Source of the DNA: Eubacteriales bacterium
GTDB taxonomy: Bacteria; Bacillota; Clostridia; Oscillospirales; CAG-272
Direction of reading: 5' to 3'
NCBI GenBank assembly: GCA_045638685.1
Contig: JAZUBT010000037.1
Coordinates: forward strand, 34,483-98,482
DNA length: 64,000 bases
Of this stretch, positions 57,487-64,000 are shown piece after piece. A program made the position numbers and the translations under genes. The stretch's first letter is position 1, and every line of letters starts with the position of its first letter. The notes beneath the pieces were generated by a model. The model made no database searches. It was given only the letters and a program-made list of their open reading frames with translations, and was not told the origin of the DNA.

Positions 57487-58356
57487 ATGCGTTACGTAAT
57501 CGTTACAGGAATGAGCGGAGCCGGAAAATCAAATGCGGCAAACACGCTTGAGGATATGGGCTTTTACTGCATTGACAATATGCCCGTTGCCCTTATTTCA
57601 AAATTTGCCGAGCTGTACTCCGAAACCAATTCAACCCGCGACGTCGCCTTTATTATCGACGTAAGAGGCGAAACGGATTTTACTCCTCTTGAAAACGAAA
57701 TCAAGTCGTTAAAGGATCACGGTTACGACTGCACTGTTCTCTTTATGCACTGTACCGACTCTGTTCTTATAAACAGATACAAGGAAACGAGAAGAATACA
57801 CCCCCTCTCCGCGTTTCAAAACATTCCCGTCTCAGAGGCGCTTATACTTGAAAGAAAGCTCCTTGCAAACATTTTCGACCTTGCCGACTTTAAAATCGAT
57901 ACCACCTATCTTACCGCCGCGCAGTCAAGAGAGCAAATTCAGGCGCTCCTTTCAAAGTCATCCGATAAGAGAAAGAGACTGGCAATAAACGTAATGTCCT
58001 TCGGCTTTAAAAACGGAAACGTTGCCGAGGCTGACCTCATTTTTGACGTAAGATGCTTTCCTAACCCTTTCTATATTCCCGAGCTTAAGGAACACACAGG
58101 TCTCGAAGCGCCCGTAAGAGAGTACGTTATGAGCTTTCAGCAGACGATGGTCTTTCTTGAAAAGCTTTACGATATGCTTGACTTTCTTATCCCTCACTAT
58201 ATTTCCGAGGGAAAGAAAAACCTTACCGTCGCCATAGGCTGCACGGGCGGAAAGCACCGCTCTGTTACGGTAGCCGAGGCTCTTGCCACTCATTTAAGGG
58301 AAAACGGCGAAAACGTCGCGGTAATTCACAGAGACATAAATAACGGAAAACACTAA
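57487..58356 (+). CDS. rapZ: RNase adapter protein RapZ (YvcJ)
   Basis: It has the P-loop IVTGMSGAGKS and the C-terminal GCTGGKHRSV. Confidence 0.94.
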   Translation: MRYVIVTGMSGAGKSNAANTLEDMGFYCIDNMPVALISKFAELYSETNSTRDVAFIIDVRGETDFTPLENEIKSLKDHGYDCTVLFMHCTDSVLINRYKETRRIHPLSAFQNIPVSEALILERKLLANIFDLADFKIDTTYLTAAQSREQIQALLSKSSDKRKRLAINVMSFGFKNGNVAEADLIFDVRCFPNPFYIPELKEHTGLEAPVREYVMSFQQTMVFLEKLYDMLDFLIPHYISEGKKNLTVAIGCTGGKHRSVTVAEALATHLRENGENVAVIHRDINNGKH

Positions 58357-58533
58357 CAACGTGTATGTTTATCCGTGCTGTAAAACCGCTACTTGCTTTT
58401 TAAAGCTGCGAAAAAACATCTTTTATAAAAAGATAAAAAGGCGATTATCTGTTTTACCCAAATGGCGACAAGACTCTTGTTCGCTTTCATGCTGTAAAAC
58501 AGACATCGACGACATAAAAAAGGAAACTTCCCC

Positions 58534-60855
58534 ATGAATTTTACGGAAAGGCTTTCCGCTCAAATTAAAAACAGCTTCTTTTATTGCAGACCGCTGGCAT
58601 TACTGTCAGCGGCTTTTCTCGTTTCTCTGTTTCTTTTTAAGCTAAACCTTCTTTACTTTCTTATATTCGTACTTATCGTACTTCTGTACTGCGCATATCT
58701 TCTCGTTTCGGGATACAGTCTTTTTAAGCTGAAAAACGTTCTTCCCTATCTCCTTTTATTTTCGGTATGTCTCTCCGCTACCGTTTCGATTCCGCAGATT
58801 ATAGGCAAACAAAGAGCGGAAAAATATATCGGTAAAACGACAGAGGTAAAGGCGGTTATCGAAAGCACGTATTATTCCGAAAGCTTCGGGTCTATGCACA
58901 AAGTGAAGCTAAAGGAAATAGGAGGCGAAAGGGTAAGCGGAAAAGCTATCCTTGACCTTTCCGTGGTTCTGGAATTTAACGAATACGACACAGTTATACT
59001 CGACGCCGCGATTAGCGATGCGCAGGCTACGGCGCTCGGCGCCGACACTCTTAGCCTTTTGTCGGACAACGTCTATCTCACCCTCACCTCAGATACGGTA
59101 AAACACGTAACAGACGAAAACAAAAATGGCTTTTTATACCGAATGCACACCGTTAAGGAGGCAATGTCGGACTTTCTTCGCGACTGTCTTTCTCCCGAAG
59201 CGGCAAATTACGCGATAGCTCTTTTCGTTGGAGACACCGCAGCGTTGCCCGGCAGCTTTAAACGCGATATGTCTGCGCTCGGTATCTCGCATATTCTCGC
59301 GGTAAGCGGTATGCATACCTCAATGCTTGCCGCTATGGTAAGCTTTCTTCTTAACAGAACGCGCTCGGGAAGAAAAACAAAAGCTGTGATAGTTTCGGCA
59401 GCAGGTCTTGTCTTTATGTGTATCGCTGGGCTTTCGCCCTGTGTTGTCAGAACGGTTATTATGCTTATACTTTCGGTCATTCCCTGCTTTTTCGGGCGCA
59501 AGGGAGACAGTATAACCGCGCTTATGCTTTCAGCAGTTATTATCTGCGTTATCTCACCTAGCAGTGTTCTTTCTTGCAGCTTTCTCCTCTCCTTCTTTGC
59601 TACCCTCGGTCTCGTTCTATCCGCTCAGTATATATCAAAAAGAGCAAGAGGGGCGCTCTATAAATCGCGAAGCGGTAATATGAAAGGAATATACCGTGTG
59701 TTTAAAGCGCTCGTTCTCGCGACGGTTGTCAGCACCTCCGCATCGGCCTTCACAGTTCCGGTTATCGCTATGTATTTCGGTCAGGTATCCTTTATTTCGG
59801 TAGCCGCCAACTTTGTCGCCGTCCCCTGCTCCGATTACTCGATGATTCTTCTCGTCGCAGTTTTTATTACCGGCAAAATTCCGATACTCGGGAAGCTTTC
59901 CGTTTTTCTTTTTGAGGTGCTTTACGCTTTTCTCCTTTCCTTTTCAAGGTTTATGACCAAAAGCTTTGAAACGACGGTCTCGCTTCGATATCCGTTCTTT
60001 ACCGTTTTGCTTATTCTTTTCGTCTGCATAATTCTCTTTTTAAGACTTCGGGGTATAAGAAACCCCGCCTCCCCACTTGCGGCGTTTCTCGTCTGTACCG
60101 TTATCTTCACCTCCTGCGTACAGATACATTCCGTCTCGGTAGCTTACAGAGGCGAGGTTATTTATACCGCAGGCGAAAATTCTGAGGGACTTCTGGTTAC
60201 AAGCGGAGAGAAAAGCCTTTACATAGATATAGGAAACGGAGCAAAAACATTACCCGTACCCTCCGTTGCCCTCGCCGAAACGCGATACTATCAAACAAAA
60301 CTCAGCGGATATATGTTCACTCATTACCACAGCAGGCACATAGGAACAATTAAGTATCTTCTTTCCGTCGGATATATCGAAAGACTGTATCTGCCCAATC
60401 CCGAAACCGACAGCGAGCGTTCCTTTTACGATTCAATAGTAAAGATAGCAACGGGAGAGGCCGAGATAATAAGCTTTATAAGAGGCGAGACGGTTAAGTT
60501 TGAAAACGCCGTTATAGATACCTTGCCTTACACCCTGCTTGAACGCTCCACCCATCCCCCGATTGCCGTAAAGGTAACCTTCGGAGACAAAGCTCTAATC
60601 TTTGTCGGATCCTCTGTTATGGAATCGCAGTCGGCGTTTTTCGTCTCGAAAATGCTTAGCGGATGTAAAACCTTAATTCTCGGTGGGCACGGCCCTAAAA
60701 ACAAGGAAAGCTTTAAATTTTTTGCACCAACCGATATAAACGTATATCTGTCCCCGTATGAGGACTATGACGAAGAGAACATCTTTGCGGGCGGTAGCTT
60801 TAACTATATGCGTGCCGATAATAGCGGATTTCTGAGCGCGGTTTTCACGTTTTAG
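58534..60855 (+). CDS. comEC: ComEC/Rec2 family DNA internalization protein
   Basis: It is a multi-pass membrane protein with the competence-domain motif GISHILAVSGMH and a C-terminal metallo-beta-lactamase-like region (THYHSRH). Confidence 0.9.
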   Translation: MNFTERLSAQIKNSFFYCRPLALLSAAFLVSLFLFKLNLLYFLIFVLIVLLYCAYLLVSGYSLFKLKNVLPYLLLFSVCLSATVSIPQIIGKQRAEKYIGKTTEVKAVIESTYYSESFGSMHKVKLKEIGGERVSGKAILDLSVVLEFNEYDTVILDAAISDAQATALGADTLSLLSDNVYLTLTSDTVKHVTDENKNGFLYRMHTVKEAMSDFLRDCLSPEAANYAIALFVGDTAALPGSFKRDMSALGISHILAVSGMHTSMLAAMVSFLLNRTRSGRKTKAVIVSAAGLVFMCIAGLSPCVVRTVIMLILSVIPCFFGRKGDSITALMLSAVIICVISPSSVLSCSFLLSFFATLGLVLSAQYISKRARGALYKSRSGNMKGIYRVFKALVLATVVSTSASAFTVPVIAMYFGQVSFISVAANFVAVPCSDYSMILLVAVFITGKIPILGKLSVFLFEVLYAFLLSFSRFMTKSFETTVSLRYPFFTVLLILFVCIILFLRLRGIRNPASPLAAFLVCTVIFTSCVQIHSVSVAYRGEVIYTAGENSEGLLVTSGEKSLYIDIGNGAKTLPVPSVALAETRYYQTKLSGYMFTHYHSRHIGTIKYLLSVGYIERLYLPNPETDSERSFYDSIVKIATGEAEIISFIRGETVKFENAVIDTLPYTLLERSTHPPIAVKVTFGDKALIFVGSSVMESQSAFFVSKMLSGCKTLILGGHGPKNKESFKFFAPTDINVYLSPYEDYDEENIFAGGSFNYMRADNSGFLSAVFTF

Positions 60856-60898
60856 CCGAAAAACGTATTCGCGAGATTAAAATGTTTTTTACGTATAA

Positions 60899-60940
60899 CA
60901 ACAAAGCGGCTGAGGAGTAGCTCCCGCCGCTTTGTTACAT
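60899..60940. terminator. Bidirectional terminator between comEC and ddl
   Basis: A 10 bp perfect stem (acaaagcggc / gccgctttgt) encloses a 15 nt loop. Confidence 0.65.
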
Positions 60941-60962
60941 ATAATTTTTCCGTACACCCACC

Positions 60963-62192
60963 CTATCTTGCCATTCTACGGCAAAGCTCGGTAAAATCAA
61001 TACCTCTGTACTCCGCGGCAAGAGGAAGAAGGCTGGTACATGTCATTCCGGGAATGCTGTTTGCCTCTAAAACGTATATTAGGTTCGTTTTATTTTCTAT
61101 CATCATATCAATTCTGCTAAAGCCCGATAGCCCAAGCGCCTTGTGTGTTCTCTCTGCAAGACGCATGGCGCGTTCCGTTAACTCCTGCGGTATTTCGGCA
61201 GGGGTTATTTCTACCGTTTTTCCCGCCGTGTACTTGCTTTCGTAGTCATAAAAGCCGTCTTTCGGTATTATTTCGGTTACTGCCAACGCCCTTTCGTCAA
61301 GAATACCGACGGTAATCTCCCGTCCCCTTATCTCGGCTTCCATAAGCACAGTTTCGGAGCTTTCAAGCGCGGCAGCTACCGCCAAATTCAGCTCACCGGG
61401 TGATTTAACAACGGTAACTCCAACACTTGAACCCTCGCGGGTGGGCTTTACAACGCAGGGAAACCGAGGGGGCATAGGCGGTTTTTTCTGATTTTTTGAA
61501 TACACGGTATAAAGCGGCGTAGGAATACCCACGCTTTCAAAAATTCTTTTTGATCTCAGCTTATCCATAGCGTCGGCAGCTCCCTCGGGTGAACTGCCGA
61601 AGTATTTTATTCCAAGGCACTCAAAAAGCGCCGCGAGTCTGCCGTTTTCACCTATTCCTCCGTGTAAGCAGATAAAGACCGCATCTGCCTCCCTACAAAG
61701 CGAAATAACACTATCCGTTATAAACGCGCGTCTTTGCTTTTCGGAGCCACCTGTTTCCTCAAAACCGTAAAAATAAGAGCTTTTATTTTCGCTCTCAAAA
61801 GCTTTCGAAAAAGGAGCTTCCGTGTCATCTGTCTCCTTAGTGTTCAAAAAAACCGTTTCCGTGTCGTCTGTCTCCTTAGTGTTCGAAAAAAACGTTTCCT
61901 TATTTTCAGCCTCTCCAAAGTCCGAAAACCGAGAGCGCGTGCTTTTATTTTCGCCCTTCCCCAAAAAAACATAGCCACTTTCTTTACTTTCGGCAAAAAG
62001 AGAGCTTGAATTCTTAAGCGCATCAAAATCGGTAAAAAAATGCGCCCCTTCCGTATTAACCTCGCGCGCGGGATCGATGAGCGCCGTCTTAAACCCAAGG
62101 CGACAAAACGCCTCTGCTACCCTTCTCCCGGAGGCTATGGAAACCTCTCTTTCCGAGCCGTCCCCTCCGGCAAGTACAAGTAATTTTTTCAT
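60963..62192 (-). CDS. ddl: D-alanine--D-alanine ligase with an inserted acidic tandem-repeat segment
   Basis: Conserved regions are present: LAGGDGSEREVSIASG, FICLHGGIGENG, an ATP-grasp core and a C-terminal EANSIPGMT. At 409 aa it is longer than usual because of an insert of about 70 aa. Confidence 0.92.
   Translation of the reverse strand: MKKLLVLAGGDGSEREVSIASGRRVAEAFCRLGFKTALIDPAREVNTEGAHFFTDFDALKNSSSLFAESKESGYVFLGKGENKSTRSRFSDFGEAENKETFFSNTKETDDTETVFLNTKETDDTEAPFSKAFESENKSSYFYGFEETGGSEKQRRAFITDSVISLCREADAVFICLHGGIGENGRLAALFECLGIKYFGSSPEGAADAMDKLRSKRIFESVGIPTPLYTVYSKNQKKPPMPPRFPCVVKPTREGSSVGVTVVKSPGELNLAVAAALESSETVLMEAEIRGREITVGILDERALAVTEIIPKDGFYDYESKYTAGKTVEITPAEIPQELTERAMRLAERTHKALGLSGFSRIDMMIENKTNLIYVLEANSIPGMTCTSLLPLAAEYRGIDFTELCRRMAR
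61745..61990. repeat. In-frame 39 bp tandem repeat plus flanking degenerate ENK-containing units inside ddl
   Basis: ccgtgtc(a/g)tctgtctccttagtgttc(a/g)aaaaaa starts at 61820 and 61859. It encodes NTKETDDTETVFL / NTKETDDTEAPFS. ENKS/ENKE units lie on either side. Confidence 0.85.
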
Positions 62193-62244
62193 TGTGTTTT
62201 TCCTTTCGGTCGTTTTAATGTATTATAGGTGCGCTTTAAAGCGC

Positions 62245-62290
62245 AAAAACGGTCTGTCTAACGTTTAGACAGACCGTTTTATATTTTTTC
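62245..62290. terminator. Rho-independent terminator (bidirectional shape)
   Basis: The hairpin acggtctgtcta-acgtt-tagacagaccgt is flanked by an A-run and a T-run. Confidence 0.7.
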
Positions 62291-62427
62291 TTCGCTATAT
62301 TTTATCTTTGCTTTTTTATATGAAAAACTGCTCTCAAAATCGGAACGAGCGGTTTCGGGGCTTTTACAACGACGATTTTCATTTTAACACCGTCCTTTCA
62401 TAAAGCGGTTTCATTTTAAAAACTTCG

Positions 62428-62595
62428 TTATTTGGAAAAGAGACAAAGCGCGCCAAACGCGACGGATACCGCCGCGGTAGCGCCTACGAGAACGCATGGC
62501 GGAAGAAATAGCGTAAGAAGTATTCCCGCGCTGAAGGCGGGAAGCATTATCGTCGCAATATCACAAATAGAGTTATGGCATTTTATCGTACTCAT
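62428..62595 (-). CDS. Candidate 55 aa small membrane protein (below the ORF-track cutoff)
   Basis: Hand translation gives MSTIKCHNSICDIATIMLPAFSAGILLTLFLPPCVLVGATAAVSVAFGALCLFSK. An AAAGGAAGGGA RBS precedes the ATG. Two hydrophobic helices are apparent, and a terminator lies downstream. Confidence 0.4.
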   Translation of the reverse strand: MSTIKCHNSICDIATIMLPAFSAGILLTLFLPPCVLVGATAAVSVAFGALCLFSK

Positions 62596-62765
62596 TCCCT
62601 TCCTTTTGCCGATTAAGTACGCGAAAACGGTTTTTCTGCCTAACCACTGCTTTTGGCATATAAGCTCCCTTAGACCAAGGCAACTCCGTTTCGACTTTCG
62701 CCCTTTTATAGGCTCTAACCATATTCTATGCCGAAAAACGCCTTTTGTTGAATTTTAAAAGTAAA

Positions 62766-63713
62766 TTACTTATTTTTTTTACTGCTGAACGGATGTGCTA
62801 TCTTTATTTCCTCGTATATTTTCACAAAGCTTTCGTGCCGTTGCCGCGCGATTTTTCCATCCCTTACCGCCTTTAATACCTCGCACCCCTCTTCTCTTAA
62901 ATGAGTGCATTTACGGTATCTGCAATCTGATGAAAACTCTGAAAATTCGGGGAAAAGCCTCTCTATATCCTCTTTTAATATGCTGTCTATTGAGGCTAAA
63001 TCAAAAATCCCAAAGCCGGGGGTGTCGGCTAAAAACGCGCTGCCGCTGCTCGGGTTTTCGTCAAGCGGGTATAGGGTAACCGCTCTCGTGGTATGCTTTC
63101 CGCGGTATATTTTTCGGCTTACCTCTCCCGTTTTAAGCATAAGAGAGGGGAAAAGGGCGTTAAGAAGCGAGGATTTTCCAACTCCGCTCTCTCCCGCAAA
63201 AAACGATGTGCGCCCTATGCTTTCGTTCTTTATAAAGTCTAAAAGCTCATCTACACCCTCTGCGCTTTCCGACGAGGTAACGAATACCTTATACCCGCTC
63301 TTTTCGTAAACCTCGCGCAGCTCCTGCGCTTTTTCAGGTGAAACGTCGCTTTTGGTAACTATGATTACCGTCTCAGCGCCGTAGTACTCGGCGGCAACGG
63401 CAAGCTTGTCAATGGTGATGTAAGAGGGGGCGGGGGTAGCGGTAGAGACGGTGATAAACAGGGTATCTATGTTAGCTGCCGGGGGCTTTTCGAAGAAATT
63501 TTTGCGCGGCAAAATGCCGTCGATAACCGAAGCTCCGTTTTTCTCCTCGGTAACAGTTACGTTATCTCCGGGATACGGCGAAATTCTATCAAACCTGAAA
63601 TTACCTCTTGCGCGGCATTCAAGCATTTTTCCGTCCTCGGTTATAACTCTGTAAAGTCCGCCTATTCCCGATAATATTTTTCCCTTTTGTCTTATCTTTT
63701 CGTTTTCCGACAT
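62766..63713 (-). CDS. rsgA: Ribosome small subunit-dependent GTPase A
   Basis: It has an OB N-terminus (GGLYRV), a circularly permuted GTPase domain (GESGVGKSSLLNAL) and a zinc finger (CRYRKCTHLREEGC). I chose the start at 63713 after GGGGAG. Confidence 0.93.
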   Translation of the reverse strand: MSENEKIRQKGKILSGIGGLYRVITEDGKMLECRARGNFRFDRISPYPGDNVTVTEEKNGASVIDGILPRKNFFEKPPAANIDTLFITVSTATPAPSYITIDKLAVAAEYYGAETVIIVTKSDVSPEKAQELREVYEKSGYKVFVTSSESAEGVDELLDFIKNESIGRTSFFAGESGVGKSSLLNALFPSLMLKTGEVSRKIYRGKHTTRAVTLYPLDENPSSGSAFLADTPGFGIFDLASIDSILKEDIERLFPEFSEFSSDCRYRKCTHLREEGCEVLKAVRDGKIARQRHESFVKIYEEIKIAHPFSSKKNK

Positions 63714-64000
63714 TTTTCTCCCCGCTTTGCTGCCGTTACGCAACTGTAATTTTAAACGTTTTTCTTACCCTTAAAAGTGTTGATGAAAAGCCGATGAAGG
63801 ATTTTCGCCGCAAGGCAAAGCCTTCTGTTTTTTCTTTCAAATCCGCTTTCTCTTTTCATTATATACAATTTTGGGGTGAAAATCAAGAGTTTTTCTCGCT
63901 TTTTAAAAAATTATGGGGTAAGTAAATCAAAATCCTTTCCAAAATATGTTTACAATTTAACGTTAAAATTTTTATTAAATTATGATATAATAACATTACT

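Noticed and set aside
62432-62758. 108 aa plus-strand ORF
   Set aside because: It has no RBS and an odd composition. It overlaps a better-supported minus-strand small ORF (62428..62595) and the rsgA terminator region.
1-64000. Mobile elements, prophage, defence islands, tRNA or rRNA genes
   Set aside because: No transposase, integrase, recombinase or phage structural ORFs are present. I saw no terminal inverted repeats and no tRNA-like T-arm motifs. The only structured RNA I recognised is the SRP RNA.

Overview
The window looks like a chromosomal segment from a Firmicutes (Clostridia-type) genome, and almost all of it is coding. About two thirds is conserved housekeeping. This includes a Bacillus-type long SRP RNA followed by dnaX-ybaB-recR-pcrA, and an rpmB / nusB-xseA-xseB-ispA-tlyA-nadK-argR-recN block. 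It also includes tyrS, murB, rapZ, comEC, ddl, rsgA, thyX, yfbR and a zur-znuA-znuC-znuB zinc-uptake operon. I found no transposase, integrase, CRISPR array, restriction-modification or recognisable defence gene.

The non-routine content falls into three groups:
1. A 12.8 kb seven-gene minus-strand operon (4359-17165) looks like a cell-surface glycan capture and uptake system. It encodes a 1104 aa solute-binding protein fused to carbohydrate-binding-module-like domains, two separate MalF/MalG-type permease pairs, an NHL-propeller/TPR/Yip1 membrane fusion protein and a 1068 aa secreted protein of unknown function. It has no ATPase, regulator or recognisable glycoside hydrolase.
2. Several very large orphan proteins are present: a 1056 aa cytoplasmic repeat protein, a roughly 1380 aa lipoprotein with Cys-knuckle and lectin-like domains, and a 990 aa CvpA-fused membrane protein. 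A three-gene peptidoglycan-binding cluster is also present.
3. Short-period tandem repeat arrays (24-45 bp) recur throughout the window. Some lie in intergenic leaders, and some are in-frame insertions in otherwise conserved enzymes (Ddl and a TsaD/Kae1-like paralogue). One array triplicates the 3' end of a gene.

All functional calls come from reading the supplied translations and the DNA by eye. No database search was run.
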